From the human T2T-CHM13v2.0 reference genome, Homo sapiens, in the NCBI RefSeq assembly GCF_009914755.1, contig NC_060939.1: a stretch of DNA of 64,000 nt; one strand, written 5' to 3'. Positions 27,462-40,465 of the stretch are shown piece after piece. Made by a program: the position numbers and the translations under genes. The notes under the pieces are model-generated. The model was given only the letters and a program-made list of their open reading frames with translations. It was not told the DNA's origin and searched no databases. Every line of letters begins with the position of its first letter. Position 1 is the first letter of the stretch.

Positions 27462-30400
27462 TAGCTCTGTTCCTTTGCTGGCTGGTGGGGGGTGTAGGGT
27501 GGGGAGGGGGGTGAGTGTGCGTTTGTTTCATGTCCCCAAATTTCTATTTTAAGCACCTTCAAACTGGAGACAATTTGTCTCCATTCCCACTGCAACCATA
27601 GAGCCCTGCTCAGTGCCCGTTGCAGAGTAGGTGCTCCATGATGCTCGAAAAAGAAAGGCATGTTAATTGAAACAAAGAGAAGGGAAGGTAGAACTCAGCC
27701 ATAACCTATCCTCCTCTCAGAAAACTTTTAATCAGAACAGTAATTACATTAAAATGAAAATAGCATCTGCCAGCTGTTGATATGTTTTCATTACCTTTTT
27801 TACTCTTCACAGTTCACCCTTCTGAAGGAGTGAGGAAACTCAGTCTGAATATTCTGCGAGTTAAGGTGGAGCTAGGGACCATACCGAAGACTGTGTTCTC
27901 ATTTGCCACCTCATTTTATTTTTATAGTGTTGTATCAAAGAGGTATGTTTGTCAAGAAAACAGGGAAGCCATGTCCCATTTCCCTCCTCCTCCCGGCCAG
28001 TGGGTGGGTAGTTTCCGCGCATCCTCACTGCACACTTACTGAAGTACTGCCCTATTCCAGATGTGTCCCGGGAAGCCCTTTGTGTGCCAGGGTGCTTGAC
28101 ACGTGCATGTGATCTGCCTAGGACAAAAGGGTTAAATCTCCTGTCCACTTGTCAGGCCCCTGCGGTCATGTGGAGAAGTCAGCAGGGAAGAATTCTCTCT
28201 GCCTTTGGATTCTTCTAATCCCTAGAGAGCGGCAGACAATCCCTTTTCACTCCGGCCCTCTTTCTTGCAGTTTTCTATAAGAAATTGATGGCAGGAGTGT
28301 GGGGAGAGGGTGAGGCTCTGAGGCAGCCCCCGGTGTGATGCCCTCAATGACACCTTCAGCCATTGCCCTCAGGGCACCGTCTATAGGCACCAGCCCAGAC
28401 CCTGGGGGCTAATAGGCTGTGACTTTCATGTCCCCTCCAGGCCCAGCCCAAAGTGGGAGTCTGTGCTGATACTCAGGGCAATGGGAAAAGCAAAGAGGAA
28501 AGGACCCATTGATTCTTCTTTGTACCTCTCTTCTGTGGGTGTTCAGAACACAAGCCAGCCTCCCCGCCTTCTGCACAGCCTGAACGTCCTGATGGAATCT
28601 GCTGGAAATATTCAAAGCACAGGCCCAGAACTGCCAAGAAGGAAGGCATAGGAATAAAATCACAGGGGACAACCCCAGGTCCCTGCACACACTCCCCTTG
28701 CCCTGACCTGGCTTCGTACCTCTGCCTCTCGGATCTGACTGGGTGAAGCTCTGGCGTCTGTCTGGAGTCAGGTGTAGTGACCCAGGTACATTGGCTGCTT
28801 GGCCCTGTCCTCTGGCTTCCCTTGTCAGTTTGTTCCTGTGAGACTACATTCCAGTTTTGACTCATCTCAGGTTCTGACAAGCCCCTACCCCAACCTCACC
28901 TTTGCACCTACTCCCCAATTTGGAGACAATCTGTCAGACAGAGGTGTATTCAAATCCCGCCTAGAGCTCCCTCCTCACTGTCAATCTTGGCATGCGATGC
29001 TTAACATCTCTAAGTCAATTGGAGGAAGAAAAATGCCGAACTCATAGGGTTGGGACAGGGATGAAAAGAGTAAATCCACAGCAGGGACTGCCATGTGGCA
29101 AGGGCCCAGGCAGCATTAACTCTGGTAATGATTACTCTTCTCAACATCCATCCATCCGAGCAAGGTTCTTCTCATGCTTGCATCCAGTCACCTGATTCTA
29201 GCATCAAGCTGGTCACATCCCTGGGGCCACCATCCTCTCTATGACCCGTCACCACCCCACCCGTACCCACCACAAGCTATCGTGGCATTAGTTGGACGCA
29301 GCCATTTCCCATGCCCTAAATCAACATGGCTGGAGTTAATTTCTTCCACCCTGAACACATATTTGGGCTTTCCCCTAGCCAATCAGGAAGTGGCTCACAG
29401 GGAGGACCCAAGAGGCAGAACCTCTCCTCCGCCCCCTTTCCTCCCCAGAGCCCTGGGCTCCTAAAAGAGCATGGCTGGGAAAAGTGGGGACGGAGGTCAT
29501 GGCTGATGCCTGAAGACACCTGGGGCTGTTACCCTTCCAGAGGCCAGGGCTGGCTTCCTCTTCCTATTCTATCTGTTGGTCCTCAGCAAGCCCAGGAAGC
29601 AGCCTCATCAAGTGTCTTAGGAAGCATAGAACTCCTGAATTTCCTTCTCCTAAGCTTTTGTTTCTGAACATTACAGGGAGAAAATGACCATGCCCCTGGG
29701 TGTTCCTCCTACTGCTTCTGCTTGATTTTATCAATAAGGATCTGGTCAGCTGAGACTGAGAAGAGGCAAGAAACTAGCACCTCTGCCATTTCCTTAGGGC
29801 CTGCAGTCCTAATGTACCTGGCACGGGAGGGGTTTCTGAGTCAGGGAAGTTTGTGGAGAAAGTGACATGAGCTGAATTTTGCTAATTGATAGGACGAGTC
29901 TAGGGATCTTAAACCCAAATGCCTTTAGGGTCCAGGCAAGTCACAGATATAAGTGATGACGCTCAGTGTAAGACAGTAGGGAGTAGTGTGGGCTGTAGAA
30001 AAATGTAGCATATACACCCCCCACCCCGCCCCCACAACAAGAGGACACAGATACTTCCCAACTCCAGCAATGACTATGGTTCACTGTTACCAGATCTTCT
30101 GACTGTTTAGAAGGAGCCAGAAATGAGGATATTTTATAACGACTAGTCTCTTGAGTTTTAAACAGTAGCCTCTGATTTTAAAAAGGTCGAACATGCAAGC
30201 CCCTGAACACATGTTTAGGCTAGATATGACCCAGGGCTGGCAGTGTATAAACTCTGAAGTCAGCAAATGAAAAATAGAACAAGGGATTCCAGAGAGAGGG
30301 CACGATATTTAAAGACACAGGCTTGTGAACTGAGTCACGCATTCCAGAAACTGCCCCTTGGTAGGAGGTGGATGTGTGGAAAAGAAGATGAGGCTGAAGG

Positions 30401-32007
30401 GGCAGTTCAGAAAGGGTCTCTGTGCCATGCTAAGGGATCTGAACCTCATTCTGAAAGCTGCAGGGGTCGGTAAGAGAGACTGAAGAGTTTAAAGGAGAGA
30501 GAGGCATGTGGCACACTGCATTTCGGAAAGCTGTGTCTGTGTAGGGAGGGCTGGCAGATCAGCAGTCTCTGCACATCGCAGATAAGACGGAGGCACAGGA
30601 GAGATTCATGGCAGAGGGATGAGGGCACTGGCACTCACCCTCAGGTGGACGAGCTCAAATCTGGAGGCTGGGGGACACTTGAAGGGGGGGTGGGGGTGTG
30701 GTGAGGGAGAGTGGGGAGTGTGGACATCACCCTGGTTCTGAATGAACTAGGGGTGGCTGCCATTCCCTGAGAGGACACCGGGAGAGACAGGTGGAAGGGG
30801 TGGAGGTGGGTGGGAGGTGTGTGGAGGCAGCCAGGTTGTGCTGTGACTGGAGCCGGGAGTGAGGTGTCCAGAGGCAGATCAGACACCGAGGGACAATGGA
30901 AGCAGGGTTTGGAAAACCGGCGCGTGCAAAGGGCACACTCACACCAACCCCAGCATCCTGAGGGGCTGGGAAAGAGAAGGTCAAAGAAAACCCGGAGAAA
31001 GTGTTGCCAGAGGATGAAGGAGGCGGGAAGTCTATGGCCTAAGGGGTACTTCAGGGTCATGCTCAGGTCACTGACAGAGCAGAGAGAACGTGCCGTTGGA
31101 CCCGCTCCAGGAGACATGGGGACATACTGCAAGGGTCTCCCTGCCAGGGTCCCGTCGGGATTCAGTCCTGCACAGCCCCGTGGATTGTGGGCAGGCCTTG
31201 CCCACCTCCTGGCCATGTGATCTTCGGATGTGCCTCTTGTGCTGAAGAAAAAAAAATGCACATGTCCACTCCCCAGCAGGCCCCGCTCTGAACGGGCCCC
31301 CAGCACTCCATCCATGAAAGCTGCAGGGGCAACAGCAGGTGCCTGTTCTACCACGCTAGCACGCTCCACTTTCTCTCCTCCACTGATTCTTATTTCTCCC
31401 TAATGGACTGCACTCTTCAAAACCAACTTACCCAAGGACAGCTTTTCCAAGGGGACTTGTCAAACTCCACAGGCAGCAACTGGTTTGTTCCTTTCCAAAG
31501 GGCAGTAGCCATCACCTTCAACAATACTGCAACTAACATCCACCTCTGTCCAGTCCTTCTTATTTTAATCCTACAGCAGGAACCCCAATTGACAGAGGAG
31601 GACATCAAAACTGAGAGAGGTCTAGGGCTGCAAAACTAGAACCCATCAGGAACCAGAACTCCAGTCCCCTCTGCCGGTGGTCCCATCCATCCTCCTTCCG
31701 TCTGACACCAAGGCTTCCTGAGTGGTAACCACCATGGCTGCTGGAGCAGAGGAAGTGGCCGTTGCCTTAGAACCAGGCAGGTGGGGAAGGGGACACATCA
31801 AATACCCAGAAGAAAAGTGACTTCAAAGTCCTCCCCAAATTGAGTGCCCTCCAGAAATTCTCTCACGAAGAGGCTGCAGCTGACATTCACAGGGATGTTG
31901 TGTCTGAATGCGGGTACATCAGGAAGGGAACAAAAGAGAGGGAAGAAAGCCTGGTTGAAGGCAGGGGTCTTTCAAGTCCCCTCGAGGCAGACTCAAGAGC
32001 AAAGCAT

Positions 32008-32144
32008 GGCACACTGGATGGGCGTTCTGCTTCTCTTTAAAGAGCATGGATTTATCCATACCATGTGACATGAATGAAATGAGGAGTTTTCAGGGCTGCC
32101 AACCTCTTGGTTAAGGTTCTGTGTAGTATATTTCTCCTACAATA
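32008..32144 (+). ncRNA. Box H/ACA scaRNA of the U109/SCARNA18 family (intronic paralog or retrocopy)
   Basis: Hairpin-H-hairpin-ACA architecture: H box ACATGA 32068-32073; ACA 32139-32141; stems CACA/TGTG, TGGAT/ATCCA, AGGAG/CTCCT, AACCT/AGGTT. The 3' half GGAGTTTTCAGGGCTGCCAACCT...AAGGTT...TAGTATATTTCTCC closely matches my recollection of SCARNA18 (U109). Confidence 0.85.
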
Positions 32145-32626
32145 GAAAAGGAAAAATGACATCTGAGGTTAACAATGTATCTGCAGTGCAAGGCCCAGTG
32201 ACTGTCAATAATGGACGCTGAATAACTAAGCAATGGTGGATTGCATGAATTTTCATATAAAACTGCTCCTATACATCGCTTTGAGTGTCTGGGTCACGCC
32301 TTATCCTTATAGTGTAATGTGAGCGGAGAGTCTAGCTTGAATATTTTCCCACTTAGCTAACTTGCCATCTCACAACTATTTGCTGAGTAACCCTTGCTTC
32401 CTCTTAATTCTCTGGGGCCTCCTCGACATATATTTAGGCAGGAGGTGAAGGGCAGGACTCAGGGGGCCACTTTCTGCAGGCATAGGAGGTTGGGCTTCAT
32501 GCAGACCACAATCAAATCCTTGCTCTGCTGCTTTGCTTGCTGGGTGGCCCTGGGCAAATCACTTAACCTTTTTGAGCCTGGGTGTCCTATTTCCAAAACC
32601 AAGTCAGAAATAAGAAAGTTACTATG

Positions 32627-32936
<310 letters not shown>

Positions 32937-34301
32937 GGCTTCGGTAGAGTGCCTGGCACATGGAGGGGCTCAAGGGAATGAAGTTCTTAATATTTTTAAT
33001 TGATGTCTTGGAATCTGCATCCATGTCTAAGGAAGAGACAGGCAAGAGAATTTTTGTCCTGTCTGGGACAAGAATGATCATTTGGGATGGTGGAGGCATC
33101 ACTCTTACAGAGTGAACTTTGATTGAGGGGGAGAGAAGCTGTTTAGTTTGAAAATATATATGTATATATTCAAACGGTATAGAAAAACTGTAGAAAGTAA
33201 TGCTGAACAAAATCTTGTTGGGTGTAAATACAGAGAAAAATCACAATTTTTAATTGTGGCACCTCTGCCAGGGGAACAGTAGGATCAAGGAGGAATTTTA
33301 TGCCATTTTAAATGAAGTCGTAAAGTGTTGTGAGGGGATGACGTAAAATAAAGGATTTTCTGGGCCAGAAGGCTCTTAAAGATGCCCTGGGGACTCTAAC
33401 CCATCCCTTCATTTGGGATCCTTTGTCATGTCTCTTAGCCGCAGCATGTTTCCTCCAGGGGGTGCCCAAGGGGACATTTGCCTCCCCACTCCCAGAGAGA
33501 AGGTCTCTCCGGGGCCACGTGTGAGCCAGGCAGAAGGTGGGAACCAGACCCAGGGAGCCCCAGTTCACCTCTCCAGGAAGGAGGGAGTGGCCACCCTCAT
33601 CCAACACCGATGCGGTTCCAGCCATCTGGGGGCTGAAGAATGTCATTGCAAGGTGGCCATATCAGAGCTCTCTTGGTACAGGGACAGGAACACAAACCAG
33701 GCAGGCTCAGAAGAAGCAGGGGGTGGAGTGAGGAAACAGAGACAACTAGTGTAGACGGACCTGAGAAAGTTTGCAAAGAGCTGGCGAGAGAGAAATCGCT
33801 GAGGGGAATATGGACTTCTCTGAATCCTGTTTTCTACAGGAGAGGGTCATCTTCGGTGATTTGGGCTCATCTCTCCATTGAGTGGTCCTCTCTAGAACAC
33901 ACTGGGTGTGCGGGAAATACACCCTCCCACAGCAACGCAGAGATGAGCAGGACCCGCATCCTGTGCCTGGCCATGGTCTGGGGACGGGGTGCTGAAGCCG
34001 AACGCATAGAGATAATGGTGGCTGAATATAGGGGGCACCCTTCTGCAGGTATGTCCAGGACGCCGAGGCAGGGTGAGAGGCCCAGGCTCGTTGTATAGTA
34101 GGGAGCTCCAAAATTGGGATGGGGGAACCAGCAAAGGCTCTATAGCCATGAGCACCATAGAGAAGTAGTCCTCTCTGCCCACAACTTTTCACTAGGTCCA
34201 GTTCAACCAACAGCATACATATATGTATTGCCCTGGGTTTTAATTGCTTTGGTTTCTGGGATTTTGAGTGTTAAGGATTTCAGAATGCAGCATTATCTTA
34301 G

Positions 34302-34617
<316 letters not shown>

Positions 34618-35808
34618 AGAAGTCTGTATTTTAAAGGCTGTCTCCTTTATAAGATGGGTGCAGATCAGAGGACGAGTCCTGCTTCAGTTGGTAGTCCCTG
34701 TTTATGAATCCTTTCTGGTTGGCGTTTCTGTTCACTTGGATGATAAGTTATATTGTCCCCCCGCCGGTTATAGGTGACCCACAGTTTCATTATGAGAAAG
34801 AGGAAGGATCAGGAACGATTGCAGTGAGAAATGCTTGGCATCCAGGTGACTTGTTTACTTGCATTTTGATGTGCAGATGCCTCTAAGTACCTTTATGTAA
34901 AGACTAGGGAAATTGGCTGGAACATAATGAAAGCCCAAAGTTCTCAGGGATGTTTTCTGAAGTTGAGCAAAGGAGAGAGCCAAGGGTGAGCTGGTACCTT
35001 TTTGTACACCAATAAAAGCTGATTAACAAGCAAAAGTTTGCTGGAATCGAAGCAAAAAGATAAATCCAATCAAGCTAATATTTAAATTGAAGGCAGAAGG
35101 GATGGCAAGAAAAGAACTGAGCAGTCAATAAGGAGAGCTCAGGAGTCATCATAAAAAGAGAGACACCCAAAATTCTCCCCATTGGCCCCTGCAACACCCT
35201 CAGACGCCCAATACCAGAGATGGCAACTGTCATGGAAACAACACTATCAAGGCTGAAACCAGCATAGGTCTCCAGAGCTGCTGTGCCCAGCGGTGTCTCA
35301 GTATCTATGAGGTTCAAGAGCTTCAGTACAAGGCTAAGACTTGCTGTATAGGAAAAGTATCTCAAAGGCTGTTGAGCACCTCAATAAAGCTATTCCGCCC
35401 GTCTTGGTGAGCAAGAAGCTGTGTGTGTGAAATTGGGGGACAGTAACAAACTGGAAGAAGGCATGAATTTAAATCTAACTGGGAACACATCTAAATTGGG
35501 TGCAAAGACCTTACTAGAAGTGCTGCTTGCTGTCTGTGATGTTGAAGCTGCTGCAAGGAGCCACCTATACTGTCACAATGGGTCCTGGCTGGCAATCCAA
35601 AAGTATCTAGCCAATGCCAGCTTTCAGCAAGGTCCATGGTAGTTTTCACAGTGGTAATGGGCCGGCAGTGCAGGAGTTCATGGTTCTCCCTGCTAGAACC
35701 GTAACCTCAGGAAAGCCGTGCTTTACCAGAAGGATGTCATCAGGCAGAAATATGGCAAAGATTCCTCCTAGTGAGGACAAGGGGTGTTTTGCTTTTCACA
35801 TCGTAGAG

Positions 35809-36590
35809 CAGGAATTAGCAAATATTGGCTCACAGGTGAAATCCAGCCAGCTCCTTGTTATTACATGGCTTGTCCTCCAGCCAAAAATAGAAAAATTCAA
35901 AAGAAGAATAACATCAGTATCAAATGATTTACAATAAATCAAACACTGTTCTTACTCTTTGCATTCATTAGCTCATGTGATCTTTACAATGAACCCATGA
36001 AGTAGATACTATTACTCTATAGATGAGAAAACAGATGGAAGCTTCTAGATAGGTTAAGTAATACTCAAAGATCATACAGATAATGATTTGTTCAGCTATA
36101 ATTACAGACCCAGCGAGTGTTAGCTCCGAGCTTACTCTCTTAACGTGCTTCCTTGTATGAAAAGTTCCCCAGTGCTTTAAAGGTAGAAGGTAAGTTCCTA
36201 AAGAGAGATTCAGGTATCACATTCTGGTGTGTTCACAAGAGGGAAGATAACAGTGTCTCAGAGAACCAAGGAAAGGCTTTGTAGAAGAACGAGGCTACCT
36301 TTCCGTCATGATGGCTGGAATAATAACTTTGAATCCTAATTAAGCAAAATCATGTGCCCTCCCCCACAAAATTACATTATTCTCATTACCAGGCCTAGTG
36401 AAGTTTTTTATGACAAAAACGTGGTCTCAATTATGACTATAGCTTAAATTTTGTCAATAAATTATTGGTAGAAACTTATTTTCTCTCTTGTTACTTAAGT
36501 ACCTGCATAGTACCATCTGTTTTTCCTCTTGTCCCATACAGCCTAAAATATTTACATTTGGCCTCTTTGGAAAAAGTTTGCTGACTCATA
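35809..36590. mobile_element. MER58-type hAT-Charlie DNA element (782 bp) with internal MIR-like segment (~35950-36145), inserted in the enolase pseudogene
   Basis: Ends CAGGAATTAGCAAAT ... GCCTAAAATATTTAC..AAAAAGTTTGCTGACTCATA resemble MER58 termini; 8-bp TSD TCGTAGAG (35801-35808) / TCCTAGAG (36591-36598). Confidence 0.8.
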
Positions 36591-37454
36591 TCCTAGAGAA
36601 TACAGAACACTGGAGCTGCTATGGAATGTGATTAGAAAGCCTGACTGTATTATAAGTAGTGAATGGCATGGACAATAGCCTCTAGTTCTTACAGTTCAGG
36701 AAATATGACCTTGATGTTCAAGCCTCCAGATGTCCTTAGCAGTTACATCACTTCTGACCAGCTGGTAGGCAGGTACAAGTCCTTCATCAAGGACTACTCA
36801 GTGGTGTCTACTGAAGATGCCTTGGACCAGGATGACCGAGAAACTTGGCAGAAGCTCTCTGCTAGTGCAGGTTATATCCATGTGACAGGGAATCATCTCC
36901 CTGTGCCCAGCCGGAAAGGAACTACCAAGACTACAGACAAGGACTCGGGCAACTGCCTCCTACTCAAGGTGAATCAGACAGACCCCATGATGGAATCTCT
37001 TCAGGAGTGCAAAGTGGCCCAGGCCGAAGGATAGGGCGCTATTTCCCACTGTGTTGGGGTGACTGAAGATTCTTGCATTGCCAAACTCATGGTGAGGATC
37101 TGTACTAGGTCAACCAAGGCTGCGGCCCCTTGCCCATCTAAGCACTTGGCCAAGTACAGCCACCTCCTCAGGTGGAAAAGAAGATGGGTAGCACCTTTGG
37201 TTGTTCTGCAGACAACAAATTCAAAAAGCTCCTAGCCAAGTAAGTTCTGGGGCAGGCGAGTGCCTGAGCCAGTCAAGCACTTGTCAGCTGGTGGGACCTC
37301 TACTGCTATTCTAATCATCTGTGCTCAAGACTCTAGACACTACCACTTTGGAGGGGTCTTTCCTTGCTCATCTCTGTGATGTTCTGCCTCCTTAGAACTG
37401 CCGTATCAACTTCTGCATCAAATGCCACATCTTCTGATACGTGCTGTGTGTCAG

Positions 37455-38335
37455 ATGAGACCTTGAAAACATATGCTAAGTGACAGAAGCCAGACACAAA
37501 AGAACAAATAGTGTGTGGTTCTACTTACATAAAATAGCTAAAATAGGCAAATTCATAAAGATAGGAAGTAGATAGTAGTTATGGGGAAAAGATGTAAAGA
37601 GGGAGAGTTTTTGCCCAAAGAGTGCAGAGTTTCTCTTTAGATGATGCAAAAGTTCTGGAGACAGATGATGCTTGCACATTATGAATGTATTTAACACCAC
37701 CCAACTGTACACTTAAAAATGGTTAAGATGGGCCAGGCGCAGTGGCTCATGTAATCCCAGGTACTCAGGAGGCTGAGACAGGAGAATCACTTAAACCTGG
37801 GAAGTGGAGGGTGCAGTGAGCTGAGATCACGCCCCTATACTCCAGCCTGGGCTATGGAGCAAGACTCCATCTTAAAAACAAATGGTTAAGATGTTGTCTT
37901 AGTCCATTTTGTTTTGCTATGACAGAGTATCACAGGCTAGGCAACTTAGACAGAACAAATTTATTTCTCATAGTTCCGGAGGCTGAGAAGTCCAAGAGCA
38001 AGGCACCAGCAGGGCAGGGCCCAGTCTCTTTGCTTGCAAGATGGCACGGTGAGCACTGCCTCCTCCAAAGGGGAGGACCACTGTGTCCTCACGTGACAGA
38101 ATGGCAGAAAAAAGTGAACCCACTCCCAAAAGTCCTCTTTATAGTGGCATTAACCCATTCATATGGGCAGAGCCCTTAGACCTAAACACCTGCCATTAGG
38201 CCCCACCTCCTAACACTGTTGCATTGGAGGTTAATTTTCCTATTCGACCATAAATTTTGAAGGGAACGAAACATTCAAGCATAGCAGATGGTAAATTTCA
38301 TGTTATACGTATTTTACCACGATTTTAAAAATTGG
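37455..38335 (+). mobile_element. Nested repeats: L1M 3' end interrupted by a monomer-length Alu (37731-37879) and an MST-type MaLR LTR (37895-38286)
   Basis: L1M 3'UTR motifs (CTTGAAAACATATGCTAAGTGA; AAAATGGTTAAGATGGTAAATTT); Alu flanked by TSD AAATGGTTAAGATG; LTR TGTCTTAGTCCATTTTG...CATAGCA with 5-bp TSD GATGT/GATGG. Confidence 0.8.
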
Positions 38336-38772
38336 GATTCAGGGGAAGAATTCTTAAAAGCCTTCGACCACTGTTGACAGCCCTGGTTGTAGTCATGTGA
38401 CTGACCCCAAGTCATCCTGTTCCTCACTTTTCTCCTGTCCATGTGTCCTTGGAGTTTGTTCCTGGGCTGTCAACAGGCATAAACCTCAGTGGCTTTAATG
38501 TGCAAATTGAAAAAAAGCATTCATTAGTCTCCCAAAAATGTGAAGGAAGAACCATCTGCAAATTCATGAATTGTGCTTTAGTTTCATCTTCTATTCTCAA
38601 GACTAATCACCTGTTTAAGTTGGCTCTAGACTCTTAATTAAAATTGTCAGCTCCTGAAAGTTCATTCTGAGCCTGACTCTCCCATGAGAAACTGTAAACG
38701 TGGGAAATTCTAACACAGCTAGGAGATTCCAACATACTGGACCTTACCTTACCTATAAATAACTGGGCTTGG

Positions 38773-38860
38773 TGCATATATCAAAATATCATGATGTACC
38801 CCATAAATATACACAGTTACGAATTTTCAATTAAAAAATTATTAAAAATGAAATAAAATA
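38773..38860 (+). mobile_element. Very short L1 3'-end fragment
   Basis: TATCAAAATATCATGATGTACCCCATAAATATACAC plus A-rich tail; TSD AAATAACTGGGCTTGG / AAACAATTGGGCTTGG. Confidence 0.7.
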
Positions 38861-39070
38861 AACAATTGGGCTTGGATGAAGAGGCTAAGCAAAAATGCAG
38901 TTTTCAGGTTTTGCTACTTGCTTTTCACTAGAATAGATCCAGCTGTGTGTGGTGTGATTTTGTTTTACATTTTTTTAACATACCATTTTTATTTACTATC
39001 ATCGTTTACTGTGTACATTCTACTAGGAGAGAATATAATGTCCATAGTGTGAAAAAAAGTTTGACATTCT

Positions 39071-39329
39071 TTTTTTTTTTTTTTGAGACAGAGTCTTGCT
39101 CTGTCACCCAGGCTGGAGTGCAGTGGCAATCTCAGCTCACTGCAACCTCTGCCTCCTGGGTTCCAGTGATTCTCCTGCCTCAGCCTCTTGAGTAGCTGGG
39201 ACTACAGGCGCACGCCATCACACCTGGCTAATTTTTGTATTTTTAGTACAGATGGGATTCCACCATGTTGGCCAGGCTGGTCTCAAACTCCTGACCTCAG
39301 GTGATCCACCCGCCTCAGCCTCCCAAAGT
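39071..39329 (-). mobile_element. 5'-truncated AluS
   Basis: Reverse Alu lacking its first ~35 nt; TSD TTGACATTCT. Confidence 0.93.
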
Positions 39330-39951
39330 AAAAATTGACATTCTAAAATGTAGACCTTTAAAGTCGTCAACCTCTACCCTTACAATGGTTGAGAATATTG
39401 CAGCAGGGTCAAATGGACAGTTGTTATTACTAGTATTATACCTTATTCTATAGAGTTCTTTATAGTGTGCAAAAAGTATCCCCATATGTTTTCTCATTTG
39501 GATGATCTAAGCATCTCTGTTTCTACAATTTATCTTTAGCAAATGTTTCTTACCCGATCATCTTCTATCAATCAACCAGGCAGGTATCAGCAGTTCCCCA
39601 TCGCAAGGAATATAAGCTTATTTTAATAACATTTGAGGCAAAACCTAATTAGAAAAAACAAATCCCTCATCAATTCCTGTGATTTATTCTAGAGCCAAAC
39701 ATCTGCAGCCCAGTTTCTTTGAATGATGGTCTTCCCTGTTCTATGAACAACTGAGAGGTGAAGCAGTGTCTTGTACAAGTGTAAATAATGTGCAGGAACA
39801 CAGCACATAAACTGCAGGGACGACTTCAGAAGAAAACCCCCACTTAACTCTTGAAGCCTGATTTGCTTCACTGAGTCCCAATGGGGCAAAGCACTGTGCA
39901 AGGCTAAGAAAGTGAACAAGACAGGCTTCTATTCTGTTTTACTGTAGGTTC

Positions 39952-40465
39952 TGTTATTATTTAGGTATGTCAAGGCCAACAGATGAAGCAATGACTGCCA
40001 CGAAGAAGATAGTTTGTTATACTCACATCACGGGGCTCTACACAAGGAGATACTGGGGTTGGTCTGGAGGCAGGAGGAGGGGGAAACTGGTAAGAGCCTT
40101 TATTGTGGTTTGCACAGGAAAGAATGGGCACGGTGGGGCCAGAGCGGGTCTAGGATTGGCTAGTTTGAGTAACTTCAGCAGGTTCTGCAGGGTGGGAGCT
40201 GTCGCTAGTTGCATGGTACCTAGCCTAGGGTACTTAGGGTAGGGGAATACCTGGCCCTACAACAGGGCAGGGGAATACTGGCCCCCAGTAAATGAGACAG
40301 TAGGGGTGTGGATTCAAGATTGCAATTTGACAGGAGCGTTCCCAGGAAGAGTCGTTTGCTGTCTCTAGAAATCAGCTAACCCTGAGAGGGGCAGTTTCTC
40401 CAGCGTCAGAAAAGCCCCAGATGTCAAAGCATTGGAATACAGAAAATAAAAGACATGGTTAACAC
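39952..40465 (-). mobile_element. ERVL-class solo LTR (MER74/MER76-like)
   Basis: ...CCAGATGTCAAAGCATTGGAATACAGAAAATAAAAGACATGGTTAACAC end and CTTTATTGTGG (reverse polyA signal) resemble remembered consensus; subfamily uncertain. Confidence 0.55.

Larger units (their letters stand above)
35205..38535 (+). pseudogene. ENO1P2: Ancient processed alpha-enolase (ENO1) pseudogene in three pieces: ~35205-35808, 36591-~37430 and ~38360-38535; probably ENO1P2
   Basis: Intronless homology to ENO1 mRNA (GAGCTGCTGTGCCCAGCGGT = RAAVPSG; CAGGAGTTCATG = QEFM; ORF 36663-37034 contains YKSFIKDYSVVSTEDALDQDD and NCLLLKVNQ). Ancestral stop GCCAAG TAA at 37241-37243 and 3'UTR homology follow. Frameshifts and a TGG>TAG stop at 37032. 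The symbol is from memory of a 15q26 ENO1 pseudogene. Confidence 0.88.

Noticed and set aside
30641-31369. 242-aa minus-strand ORF
   Set aside because: Overlaps degraded L2-like sequence; no recognisable protein similarity
33452-33468. CTCF-like motif CCTCCAGGGGGTGCC (also CCACCAGGGGAGC at ~3411)
   Set aside because: Imperfect matches of a kind expected by chance in 64 kb; cannot be supported without ChIP data
36663-37034. 123-aa enolase-like ORF as a functional gene
   Set aside because: Residual frame of a disrupted processed pseudogene: the N-terminal portion is out of frame, conserved residues are degenerate, there is a premature TAG and no promoter
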